From the NCBI RefSeq assembly GCF_009914755.1, contig NC_060940.1: a DNA stretch of 64,000 nucleotides. One strand, given 5' to 3'. This document shows, one piece after another, positions 28,161-40,513 of the stretch. The notes under the pieces are model-generated. The model saw nothing but the letters and a program-made list of their open reading frames with translations, had not been told where the DNA came from and ran no database searches. A program made the translations under genes and the position numbers. How positions within the stretch are numbered: position 1 is the first letter of the stretch; every line of letters starts with the position of its first letter. Source of the DNA: the human T2T-CHM13v2.0 reference genome, Homo sapiens.

Positions 28161-28519
28161 AAAATCCTGTATTCTAGTAAGAGCTAGCAACCAGAGACCC
28201 CGATCCTCGGTCCTCTGCTCGAATGTATTAAGAATGTCCATTCTCCCCTGACTATCAGCCATGGCGGGGTAGAAAGGAAGACAGGGGACGGACTGAGAGG
28301 AGAAGTAACGCATCATCCCTGAGCTGGAGGAGCCTCTCATTTGCGATATTTTGTGTCTGAAGAAACTGGGGCTCAAAGAGAGGATGTGACTTACCCCAGG
28401 CCCCGTAGTAAGGAAGTGCTGGGGTTGGGATCTGAACCCAGGTCATCTGTTTCCAAGACCTGTGGATCCCAAGACCATGAGACAAAGTGACCCCAGCAAA
28501 GTGGCCAAGTCAAAGGAGC

Positions 28520-29075
28520 CGGAATGGGGCTAAGCCCATTAGTATTGGCTGACACAATAAAAGACTTGGTTTTTCAGTCTATGTAAGTGAATGTTCTGGA
28601 GACAGGGTGGGTGTCAGAGTTGGTTTGCTTCAGCTCCTGATGGTGTTACCAAGGGACCCAATTTCTTTCCTTCTCTCTGCTGTGCTGTCTGCCATTTTAG
28701 TTCATCCTCAGGTTGGCTTCCCTCTTCATTGCAAAAGAGCTGCAGGAGTTCCAGGCATCCCTTTACACACCACCTCATTCACAAGGAGAAAGAGCCGGTT
28801 GCTAGGAGAGGCCTCTTCTTTCCCAGAAGCCTCCAGCACATCCCCATGCCATCTCTCTGGCTCCAGCTGGGTCACATGCCCATTTCTCCATCAATCCCTC
28901 TGGGCTGAGGAATAACTCACTCTGATTGGTTTAGGTCTGACTTACCAGGGGTGAGCGTGCTGACAAGGATTCACATCTGATCTTGCAGTAGAATCAGCCC
29001 CTCCCCAACCTATGTCTAAAATCACAAAAAGGCAGGATGCAGGAGATCTTGGGGACACCTCTGTGATGCCCACCT
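28520..29075 (-). mobile_element. MaLR LTR, MLT1K-like
   Basis: 'caagggacccaatttctttcc', 'tttcccagaagcctccagca', 'ctgggtcacatgccc'. Confidence 0.65.
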
Positions 29076-29583
29076 ACTGTATGCCAGGCTTTGTACCAGG
29101 CCCTGGGGTCACAGTGAACAGGACATTAACCTGTGGGCTCAGAAGCTCAGACCTGCTGTGAGAGACAGATGAGAAAGCAGGGATGTGACGTGCCATGTGA
29201 CCCACATCATGAAAGGTGAGCATGGGGAAAGGGTGGCTGACCCAGCTTGGGAATGGCCAGGAAAGTGTTCTGGAGAATTTAACCTGAGACCCAAGTAGGT
29301 GAATGGAAAGGGCTGCAAATTAGAGGGAGTGTGATGTGCTCTGTGATTGATTAGTGATGTCTGCTGTGGGTGGGGAGTAGCAGCGGAAAGGCAAGTGAGT
29401 TACGCACTGAGAAAGCGAATCCACTTAAAACTGGACCCACCTTTCAGAGCAAATTGGGACTTTATCTGAAAAAATACCCCAGCATTATGAAAATAAGCTC
29501 ATAAAAATACGGTGTTTAATAAAACTAGATGTATAATTGCAACTGTGAGCTAATTCTTAGACCACTGTGGATAGTTATGTTGC

Positions 29584-29907
29584 ATATATATATATATATA
29601 TATATAATATTTTTTTTTTGAGGCAGGATCTTTCTCTGTGGCCCAGGCTGGAGTGCAGTGGTGCAACTGGCTCACTGCAGCCTCATCCTCCTGGGCTCAA
29701 GTGATTCTCCCATCTCAGCCTCCGAAGTAGCTGGGATTACAGGAGCATCCCACCGTGCCTGGTTAATTTTTTGTTTTATTTTTGTGGAGACAGGTTCTCC
29801 CTATGTTGCCCAAGCTGGTCTCGAACTCCCAGGCTCAAGCGACCTTCTGCCTCAGCCTCACAAAGTACTGGGATTACAGGCATGAACTAACTATACCATG
29901 CCTGGCC
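29584..29907 (-). mobile_element. AluJ with (TA)n in the tail
   Basis: Alu dimer, 'ctcctgggctcaagtgattctcc'. Confidence 0.92.
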
Positions 29908-29944
29908 AACCTTGCATAATTTTATGACTTTTTTTTGACAGTGT

Positions 29945-30262
29945 GAGACAGCTCAAATCCAATGACTGATCAATGTGGGGGTTTGAGGGCCCAAACCTCT
30001 TGCTCCAGCAGAGGACAGCTGGGAAGATCCCTTCTACCCCACATGGGCACAGGGAGAACTTGAGCTGTGATGCAGTTTCAAGAAAGGCATTGGCTGTCCC
30101 CGCAGGAATCAGCAGTGCTGAGGCTCCTCTTGAAACTGCATTACAGCCACTGCTGCCTCTGCACAGGCCAGCTCCTTTCCTTTCTTTCCCCTCCCAGCAG
30201 CCCCCACCACCCAAACCATCTGCAAACCAGGAGTCTGCCTCCTGGGGAGCCCAACAGGACAA
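29945..30262 (+). mobile_element. ERVL LTR fragment, LTR33-like
   Basis: 'cagctcaaatccaatgactgatcaatgtggggg', 'gctgaggctcctcttgaaactgcattacag', 'gagtctgcctcctggggagccc'. Confidence 0.65.
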
Positions 30263-30462
30263 TTGCTACAGTCCTTTGCTGGAAGGTTTATTTTTCTTTC
30301 TTCTTTCTTGGAAGTGTGGGTGGGGAGTGCATGTTTCTGAGCAGCAATCCAATCAATCACAGATTGATTCCAAACCCAGATGAGACAACCTCAGATCAAG
30401 TTCTTTAGGGCCACGAAGCATCCTTAATTCAGGAAAACCCAGCCCTTGGGATATAGCTGCCC

Positions 30463-30471
<9 letters not shown>

Positions 30472-30516
<45 letters not shown>
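30472..30516. repeat. (CT)n microsatellite, ~22 units
   Basis: Directly visible. Confidence 0.97.
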
Positions 30517-30519
<3 letters not shown>

Positions 30520-31995
30520 TTCTCCACTATGCTTCCTACCAAAGCCAAATTCCTTCTGCCTCCACCCTGACCTGGCCAGGCCAATTTTCCCTTAATGCTC
30601 AATTTCACCTGCCAATTTGTGAGACAAGACTTCCTCTATCCTGCCTTGCGGAGGCCCCTCAGGGGACCCACTCTCCGAGGGCGTCCCCTACTTCACACAG
30701 GCTCTTCTCAGGGTGTATTTGGAGAAGAAGCCTGGGATTTCTAAGCCCCACTCCCAAGCAGGCGGGAAGAGCCTTCTTTTGCCTGCATGCTTGCATTTTC
30801 TAAGAGGTTTTTCTTATGGGAGTAATTGGAGCAGGCTTCATTTATCCCACAAAGAGCAAGCCTTCGCGAGGTCACACAGAGAATGCCAGGCTTGTCCAAT
30901 GTTGTGGTGCAAAGCTCCCCGCAATAAGAGGCAGGAAAATGGTTGGGCTCCAGCCGGCAGAGGCGGGGCTGTGATCAAAGCCGTGTCCTCCCCAAACTCA
31001 AGCCTGTGACTGCAGCTGGGCCATCCTCCCTCCCGCTGCCACCTGAGGAGAGCCTCCAGCTGGCCCAGGCGTCATCCATGGCCGGCCAGCCTCTCCAGGC
31101 AGTTTGCCTCCCTGGACTGTGGGGAGGACCTCACGGCGCCTCCCTCCTGGTGTCCCCGGTTGGCTTCACACACTCTCCCCAGAGCCCGTTTGGCCACGTT
31201 TGAGGAGGGATCCTGCGGAGTTTCCAGGGCGCTCCTCTGTCTTGCCTCCTCGAGGCAGTGAGAACGTGGTTTCCCACGTGCCTGTCCGGGCTGTGAGCGA
31301 CTTGCTGGCTATGGCTTCATTCTCCTGGGGGAGCCTCAGCATCTGCCTTCTTTCCCTTTTTCTCTCAGCTGAGGGCTGGGTTGTGCATGGGCCAGGGAGG
31401 TTCTGAGAGATGAGACTGGGGGAAGGGGCTGCAGAAGGCCGGGTTGGGGGACGCTCTGCAGGGAGAAACTCAAGCCATCCATGGCCTTCCTCTCGTTAGT
31501 CAATTAGGGGAAAGTTTCATTTTTACTGTTGCACCTTTTCTGACAGGGTGAAGCAGCTTACAGCCACTGACTGATCAATGGGTTTAAGGGCCCAGAACTC
31601 TTGCTTCAGCAGAGGACAGCTGGGAAGATCCCTTCTAAGCTGCATGGGCACAGGGAGAATTTGAGCTTGATGCGGTCTCATTACAGAGTTTTGCATATTT
31701 TGCTCCAGGTTTGTTGAGGTTAGAAGCAGCAGAAAAATATCGAGTTGTCTTTTCCAAAATCCTGGTCAGTGCCACAAGAGTGACTGTAATCTATGGGAAG
31801 TGTCATCCAGGGTCAGGGTCTTATAACAGAGATTTGAACCTGGGCAGACTGGCCCTGACTTTCAGATCACCCTGGGCAACCAGTGTCCTTGTTTCTGGGC
31901 TGGAAGAGCCTTGGGGAGTCCCAGAAAGTCTTTGGAGGGAGTGATTGAGAGCTAGGCTCTGGAGGGCACCAGCCTTGAGTCCAAGCCCTGCCATT

Positions 31996-32185
31996 GCCAG
32001 GCTGGGCAAGGTCCCCAGCACACCAGGTCTCAGGCCAGGCTGGGCAAGGCCCCCAGCACGCCAGGTCTCAGGCCAGGCTGGGCAAGGCCCCCAGCACGCC
32101 AGGTCTCAGGCCAGGCTGGGCAAGGCCCCCAGCACGCCAGGTCTCAGGCCAGGCTGGGCAAGGCCCCCAGCACGCCAGGTCTCAG
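31996..32185. repeat. 38-bp minisatellite x5 inside a MIR
   Basis: gccaggctgggcaaggcccccagcacgccaggtctcag; copies 2-5 identical; followed by MIR 'tttcttcatctgtaaaa'. Confidence 0.97.
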
Positions 32186-32264
32186 TTTCTTCATCTGTAA
32201 AACTAGGCTTCCCTGGGGTGGATAGTGGGTTCAGAAAGATACGTGTGAGTCCTAACACATACTG

Positions 32265-32701
32265 TGCCGTGGGTTTAGTTGTGTCCCCAAAAAGATATGT
32301 GCAAGTCTTCACCCTCCTACCTGTGAATGTGACCTTATTTGTACCAAGGGCCTTTGCAGATGTGAGCAAGTTAAGGTGAGGCCATACTGGAGTAGGGTGG
32401 ACCCTAAATCCAATCTGACTGAGGTCCTTAAAAGAAGAGGGAAATTCAGATGCAGACGCACAGAGGGCCGAGACTGCAGAGATGCAGCTTCCAGCAGAGG
32501 AATGCCGAAGGTGGCCCTTAGCCACTAGCAGCTGGAGCGAGGCCTGGAGCAATCCTCCCTCAGAGCCTCCAGACAGAGACAGCCCTGCCGACACCTTGAT
32601 TTCTGGAGTGGCTTTCAGAACTGGGAGAGAATCCATTTCTGCTGTTTTAAGAACCCCCAGTTCATGCTAATTTGTCTCGGCAGCCCTGGTTCACGAATAC
32701 A
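32265..32701 (+). mobile_element. MaLR solo LTR, MLT1B/C-like
   Basis: 'tgtgtccccaaaaagatatgt...cctgtgaatgtgaccttattt...ccctgccgacaccttgatttc'. Confidence 0.88.
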
Positions 32702-33177
32702 CGGCAGGAGGTTAAGTGCTAAAGCTGTTGAATGCGTCCTACACACTCCGTGCACATTAGCTACTGTTTTAACTGTTGTCCTTGAGTTTTCCCCGAAATG
32801 CTGTCTCCCCATGGAGCTGAAGGGAGTGCACTGCTGTGCGCACAGGAAGATGTTGGATTTTGAGGGGTCCCAAATAGCCATGCAGTGGAACACGTGTGAA
32901 TGTCGGCTCTGAAGTCAGCCCGTCTGCAGCCATCTCCTGCTCTTCCACTTGTTGACAGTGTGCCCTTGCATAAATTATCCAGCCTCTGATAGCCTCAGTT
33001 TACTCATCTGTAAAGTGGGACAATAATTGTATTTATTTGGGTTGGGTGAAATAATACGGGCAAGGTACTTATCCCTGGTGCACAGCAAGTGGTGAAGATG
33101 CGTTAGCTGTTATTGTTGTTGTGAGGGGCGGAGCTTCCCCCAAGGCTAAGACTGCCTTGGGTTTGCCTGAAGATGGG

Positions 33178-33912
<735 letters not shown>

Positions 33913-34652
33913 GAGGGAGACTGAGAGCCTCAGTCTTTGAGATCCTGTCATCACTGCCTCTCGAGTCGCCATGGGCATGTGGCCTCAGGCCGTCAGCATC
34001 TCAGGGTGTTGGCTCTGCTCAAAGCCATCCGTCCTCGTCCACATTGCGCCTTGTCCAGGCCTTCTTCGAGTTGGTCACCTGAGCCTATTATTGACGGTTT
34101 GGCTGTCCTCCCCGTTGCAAGCATGGGGATGGTGCGATGCTGCCATTTGTCAAACAAGAGCCCCGGAAAGCCAGAGGTACAACCAAAGACAGAAAAATAA
34201 GAACCATGAGCAGTCGCGGTGCCTCTATTATTTTCCCAGGACGATTGCTCTTTTCCTCCAATGGGCCTGGGGAAGAAGCAATTCTCACAGATCCTCCTCA
34301 ACATGAAGGGTGTCAGGGTCCCTGCAGATTTGGCTGGAGCTCCAGACCTCCTCTGTGATTTGGTTGCCAAGGCCGGATGTGCCCAGCGAGCACTTGAAAT
34401 GAGGCCTGTGCAACTAAGAAACTGAATTTTTAAAATTAATTCTGTTTTAATTAATTTTAATTTAAACTCCGGTCCTTGATTCAGTTATTAAGAAAACTCA
34501 CGTATGTTTGGAACAACCTGCTATGTGAATCTGCCTTTTTGACTGTAAATTTTATGAACTCTAAATACAGATCACGTCTTTCCAATGGAAATTTAACATT
34601 CAAATTGAAGTGTGCTGTACGTGTAAAATATACACCAGATTTTGAAGACCTA

Positions 34653-34972
<320 letters not shown>

Positions 34973-34986
34973 GTAAAATACCCCCC

Positions 34987-35280
34987 TTTATTTATTTTTT
35001 GAGAGGGAGTCTCACTCTGTCGCCAGGGCTGGAGTGCAGTGGCGTGATCTTGGCTCACTGCAACCTCCACCTCCCCGATTCAAGATTCTCCCACCTCAGC
35101 CTCCCAAGTAGTTGGGATTACAGGTGCCTGCCACCACAGCCGGCTGATTTTTGTATCTTTAGTAGAGATGGGGTTTCACCATGTTGGCCAGGCTGGTCTT
35201 GAACTCCCGACCTCAGGTGATCCACCCGCCTCGGCCTCCCAAAGTGCTAGGATTACAGGCATGAGCCACCAGGCCTGGGC
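34987..35280 (-). mobile_element. AluSx-type
   Basis: 'cctcaggtgatccacccgcctcggcctccc'. Confidence 0.94.
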
Positions 35281-37419
35281 TGCCATTATACTTTTTATAT
35301 GGATTATAGGTTTTGGATATTTTGAGTTAAATAAAATACATTATTAAAATTAGTATTTCTCCCCCTTTTTAAAAATTTTACAATGTGACAATTAAAGAAT
35401 TTACAATTACATACATGGCTTGCATGATTTCTTTTAGACAGCACTGGTCTAGAAACCAAGCTGGAAGTTTGGAACGGATGTGCGTTTTAATCTCCACCAA
35501 TACAGGGCTTTGTGACTTGGGGAAACTGCGAGCTCCCTCCGGACCTCAGGTTTCCAACACCAAATTAAGGACGGGACTCGCCTGGTGGATTCAGGGTATT
35601 GAGGGGAACTTGAGAGGGGTAGAGCTTTGAAAACCACCACCAGGTTCGTTGACCCCAATTCCTTTCTACTGTGACTTCATGGTTCGACCGAGGACTGGCT
35701 CACACTATTTCCTCTCGCAGGCTGAGCAGGTGATGGCGCTTGCAACAGGGTTGCTGGGCACAGTTGTGCAGGTCGTTGACTGCACACAGGAGCCTTTCCT
35801 GATTTCCATGAAAGTGCTCTGTGCCCATGGAGAAGAATGTCAAGATTTCTAGATTGGAATGGCATTTCCATTTAAAAGCACTTGCCTATCATCTAGATGT
35901 ATAAATACCGTAAGGGCCCTCTGTTTCCTGAGGCCACTTAGGAATCTGGAGGGAAGGTCTCCGGGATGAGGAATACATTTGCAGAGAAGGAAGAGGGTTG
36001 TTGTTGGTTGCAGCGGTGGGGTGGAGAGAGTATTCCTGCCCAATCTCTCCTTTGTAGAGACTTGCATCTTCAAAATGGCCATCTCGGGCGCTCAATATTG
36101 AAAGCTGCTCCACGTGGATCCTTGAAACTCTCACCCTGATGAGAGTGGGCAGTGCTGCTGGCTCGGTTTGCATGGAATCGGTCTCTCCCGGTATTTCCTG
36201 AGTGCCTGCAGCACCCATAGGATCAGCTCACAGTGCGGCGACCCCTCTCCTTCCCGGCTCCAGGAGGTCTCTATGCTCCAACTCCCACATCTAGGTGGGC
36301 CAGGTGCCTCACTTGCTGAAGGAATGGGAACAGGAGCGGCGTGGGCCATTCTGGGCCTTGCATGAGTGTGTGGAGCTCCCTGCAGAGCGGCCCCCGGACT
36401 GTGTCCTGAGCAGAAGCACACTTGGACTGTGTGACCCCCCTGCTTGTCACAGTGGTGGGCACATGGACTAGCACAGTGTGGGGGAGGGGCTGGTCCTTGC
36501 TTGCCCTAAAGGGCTGCACTTCCAGGCAGCAGGGAATGGAGCGGGCACAGCCTTTGTTAGAGTGTCCAGGCCTCCCCGCATTGGCCTGGGCTTCCCTGCA
36601 GAGCTTCCCTGTGCCATGGGGAGGAGGAAGGTTTCCCAGCTTCCTGTCCTGCTTCCCAGGACTCAGCGCGCTCCCCATGGCCTCCACCCTGCCACCCTTC
36701 TCCACACGTGGGTAATTAGCAGCTGCTGGCCAGAGGCTGGCTGTGAGCCAAGGCATTTTCTCTGCCTGGGAAAAAAAGAAAATGAGGTTATAAGTTCCAA
36801 GCCATGGAAACCACCTAGAACTCCGAGGCTGTTTTGCCGAGCACCGTCCGTGTGGAGTTTTGGAGGGGCACGGAATCCCCAGCGCCAGGATGACCGCCTT
36901 CCCTCGGCCTTGAGGCTCTGCTCTCCCCCGGGCCCTTGCTTGGCACAAGGAAGGAGGCCTGGAGGATGCTGGATGCTTCTGGACTTCCCAGTGTGCAGGA
37001 GCCTGGAGGGAAGGGGGTGGTGGGTGGGTGAGTGGGGAAGGAAGGGGACTGGGCGGACCAGAGGGAGTTTCCCAGAGGGTCGTTGTTGGTGTGGCATGGG
37101 GGTGGCTTAGTGGAGCCTCTGTTCTCCCTGCAGCGTTCCGCCCCCAACGGGACGTGATCGTCACTGATGGAGACCACAGATAACTTCTGAGGTTACGTGA
37201 AAGCAGCAACATAGATTGTGAAGCATGAGTTGAGTCTGGCAAAGCCACTCTGCGTAATGCCAGGGCCTCCCTGCCTGGCATTATGTCCTGAGTAAGGGGC
37301 AGCGCTGGGATCCTTCGGACTCTATGGCCGTGCTCCAAAGCAAACAGATATGCAAATATCTTTTAATGAGAAAGAAGCACACGCTCGTAAAATTCAAACA
37401 ACACTGCAGCTTGTAAACT

Positions 37420-37800
37420 AGGCACTTTTAACACACGGCCACTGCATTCTTCCATACTCCTCTCATTGAGAGATGGGGTCACTGTCCCCTTCCCTTGACT
37501 CTGGGGGCTTATGACCACATCCCCCAATAGAGTTCAGTGGAGCTGGTGCCATGTGACTTCGGAGGCCAGGTCAGGGAAGGCCATGCAGCTTCCTCCTGGT
37601 GCTCGAGGGATGCTTGCTCTGGGGAAGGCTGGCTGCCATATGAGAAGTCCTACAACCCTAAGGCCGGCATGCTGAAGGGGCAGGTGTGGGTGCCCCGGTC
37701 CTCAGTCTGGCTGAGCTCCAGCCAGAAGCAGCTGCCTGCCATGACAGAGGACCAGCGCGAATGTCCAGCCACGAGGGACGGCTAGCATGGACATCCAGGC
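37420..37800 (+). mobile_element. MaLR LTR, MLT1F/G/H-like
   Basis: 'ctcctctcattgagagatgggg...cccttgactctggg...atgtgacttcggaggccaggtca..aaggccatgcagcttcc'. Confidence 0.75.
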
Positions 37801-37989
37801 CTGTTGACGGCAGAACCTGGAACTTCATGAGAGCACAGGGCTCATCCTCCGTTCCCTTGGTGTGTGGTGTGTTCGTGGATTCACTTACTCACTCGTAACT
37901 TCATTTATTCAACAAATGTTGATTCAGCACCTTGGGCCAGATGTATTTTGAAATTCATGTTTGTTTTTGGATTTTAGCAAGGCAATAGG

Positions 37990-38035
37990 GGTATTAGGGT
38001 TCCCCAGAGAAACAGAACCAGTAGGAGATATTGAT
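37990..38035 (-). mobile_element. MLT2 (ERVL) LTR end fragment
   Basis: 'gtattagggttccccagagaaacagaaccagtagga'. Confidence 0.7.
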
Positions 38036-38039
38036 CTAT

Positions 38040-38420
38040 TGTCTCTCTCTCTCTCTCCCTCTCTCTCTCTGTCCCCCCTCTCTCCCTCTCTGTCTCTTCC
38101 TCTCTCTCTCTCTCCCTCTCTCTCTTCCTCTTCCTCTCTCCCTCTCTCTTCCTCTCTCCGTCTTCCTCTCTCCCTCTCTCTTCCTCTCTCCCTCTCTCTT
38201 CCTCTCTCCCTCTCTCTTCCTCTCTCCCTCTCTCTTCCTCTCTCCCTCTCTCTTCCTCTCTCCCTCTCTCTTCCTCTCTCCCTCTCTCTTCCTCTCTCCC
38301 TCTCTCTTCCTCTCTCCCTCTCTCTCTTTCTCTCTCTCTCCCTCTCTCTCTTCCTCTCTCTCTGTCTCTTCCTCTCCCTCTCTCTCTTCCTCTCCCTCTC
38401 TGTCTTCCTCTCCCTCTCTC
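38040..38420. repeat. Polypyrimidine array, 18-bp unit ctcttcctctctccctct
   Basis: Directly visible; nearly pure C/T for ~380 bp. Confidence 0.97.
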
Positions 38421-38454
38421 AGGAGAGGGGCCTGCTCAGGGAAGCTGCTCTTGT

Positions 38455-38609
38455 GGCTGGACGTCCGCGCTGTCCCTCCCTTGAGGCTGGACGTCCGCGC
38501 TGTCCCTCCCTTGAGGCTGGACGTCCGCGCTGTCCCTCCCTTGAGGCTGGACATCGGCGCTGTCCCTCTCTCGAGGCTGGATGTCCATGCTGCTCTCCCT
38601 TGTGGCTGG
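38455..38609. repeat. 30-bp CpG-rich minisatellite, ~5 copies
   Basis: ggctggacgtccgcgctgtccctcccttga: three identical copies plus two diverged copies. Confidence 0.96.
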
Positions 38610-38619
38610 CAGTTACTGT

Positions 38620-38930
38620 GGCTGGCATCCAGTAGTCCAGCTGGACTGTGAATCGGGGCCCCTGTGCTGGCCCCCTTCATTGTGGTGGCTCAGGGTTGTT
38701 GGACTTCTTATGTGGCAGCCGGCTTCCCCCAGAGCGAGCGTCCCAGTAGCACCAGGCAGAAGCTCTCTGCTCCTCTGATCTGGCCTCAGCAGTGAGGCAG
38801 CATCGTTTCTGTTGATTCTTTTGGCCAAGTGACCACAGATCCTACCCTGATTCATGGGGAGGAGACGTGAACTACCTCTCAATGAGAGGATGATCAAAGA
38901 ATGCTGTGGTCATGTTTTAAAACTGCCACA
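38620..38930 (-). mobile_element. MaLR LTR, MLT1F/G-like
   Basis: 'ggacttcttatgtggcagccggcttccccagagcgagcgtcc', end 'atgttttaaaactgccaca'. Confidence 0.75.
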
Positions 38931-38935
38931 CTTTA

Positions 38936-39066
38936 TGTTAATTAGCTTGATTTAATCATTCACATCGTACACATGTATCAAACCATTAAGTGGCACAACA
39001 TAGATACATAGAATTCTTCATTTGTCAATTAAGAGAAATGAATAAACATGTATGGGATGAGTTTTT
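38936..39066 (+). mobile_element. L1MA 3'-end fragment with TSD
   Basis: 'tgttaattagcttgatttaatcatt...atttgtcaattaa'; flanks aaaactgccacacttta/aaaagtgccacacttta. Confidence 0.8.
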
Positions 39067-40039
39067 AAAAAGTGCCACACTTTATAAGCTCTAGTGTTGT
39101 TTGAACGTTTACAAGCATGTCCTTGTTTTCTAGTTTTAAAAAGGCATTTGCATGTTTTTCTGTTTGCTTTGGCTATAAAGTCTAAAAGATCCCACCTCTG
39201 CCCCTTGCTCAAGGAGCCTCATGTGACTTTCATCTTCCTCTACCTCTGCTAATTTCCCCTCTGAGAAGAAGAGAATAGGCTTCGGATCACAGCTCCTTGG
39301 CAAGCAAAATAACAAGGATATCGCGAGAAATCAGTGAATGCCGTTGTTTCGCGGTCTGGTACAGGAATACCAGGCCTTCGCCAAAATCCTAAGCCTTGTG
39401 CGTTCGAAGTTTAAATTTCCCTTGGGCAGTATGGTGTCTGTACAGCGATTTGCTTAACACTTTTAGTGGGTTCTGGGGAGTCCCTTATTACTGTCTCTTT
39501 TTTATCTGTTTCTTCAGCGAAAAATGTGATTTTCACACTAAGTAGAATAGAGAGACTACAGAGAGCTCCAAGTCAGTTCAAGTCAGGTTTGCCACCAAAG
39601 GAGAATGTACCAAATTTACAAATAAATAATAAATAAAAACAAAAAGAAAAAAATCAAACAAACAAAACCCTCTTGCTTTTCAGAGCCTTGGGTTTGGGTT
39701 GTGAATGAGGGATTGTGGCACTGTGTTAGTTTTTATGGTGACCTTCCATTTCTGGAAAGCAGGGCTGATTTTTCTATGATCTTAATGATATGCAGTTGTC
39801 CCTTAAATAAAATAATATTTAAGTGAAAAAAGTTGAAATATAGTGAGTAAACGTAAACAGAAACCACTGGTGGAATGCAGATGTCCCCAAAGTGTGGTTG
39901 TTTCCCCTTGAATGACTTAAATCTGAGGAACTCAGATCTAACCCAGCCCCTACTCGAACTGGGAGGGAGAAGTGACTCCTCTGAGCTCCTCCTGGGAGAT
40001 GGCGTCACAGGTTTGCAGGGCTCAGGTCCCAGGTGAAGG

Positions 40040-40440
40040 GGCACAACATGCCCCAACTCCCAAAAGGCCCCCCGTTTTCCTCCATTCTGGTAACTACCCT
40101 TCCCAGGAACCACAATGTGACCTCTGTCACCACTGAGAAGTCGTTTGAGTTTGAGTTTATGGCTGTGGCATGTGGACTTTTTTGATCATCTTTGTGCTTG
40201 TGACTGTGTGGTTGCCAAATTCTCATTTTCTTTGCTGTGTAGTATTCCACGGGGAGACTGTCCTGATTCACTTACCCATTTTACCATCGATGGACATTTC
40301 GGCAGGACAGCCACCAACATTCGAGACTGTGCCTTTTGGTGAATGCGTATCCCTGTTTGGGGTGGGAATCTGCCCAGAAGTGTAATTTCTGGGTCACAGG
40401 GGGAGTGTGTGTTCAGCGTCAGTAAATCCTGCCGGCTGTC
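40040..40440 (-). mobile_element. L1ME 3' fragments
   Basis: 'tttgctgtgtagtattcca', 'ccattttaccatcgatggacattt', 'tctgggtcacaggg'. Confidence 0.6.
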
Positions 40441-40503
40441 AACTTCAAAAGAGGTTCTAAAGTCTTGCCACTCCTGCTGCTTTGAAAACCTGCCTACCCT
40501 TTG

Positions 40504-40513
40504 CTATAAATAG
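40504..40513. promoter_or_regulatory. MEF2 consensus site
   Basis: CTATAAATAG matches CTA(A/T)4TAG. Confidence 0.35.

Larger units (their letters stand above)
37930..39725 (+). mobile_element. Tigger-type MITE (MER46C-like), split into 37930-37988 and ~39425-39725
   Basis: 'ttgggccagatgtattttgaaattc..ttggattttag' and 'cagcgaaaaatgtgattttcacactaagt...gtcagttcaagtcaggtttgccaccaaa...gggattgtggcactgt'. Confidence 0.55.

Noticed and set aside
31996-32185. CRISPR-like array
   Set aside because: Head-to-tail tandem units with no unique spacers, and the sequence is eukaryotic. The same applies to 38455-38609.
36271-37338. Longest ORF (355 aa, minus strand)
   Set aside because: Pro/Ser/Ala/Arg-rich composition typical of chance ORFs in GC-rich DNA; no recognisable domain; long overlapping ORFs on both strands.
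37961-38680. (SL)n and (ER)n ORFs
   Set aside because: Translation of the CT array and the 30-bp minisatellite.
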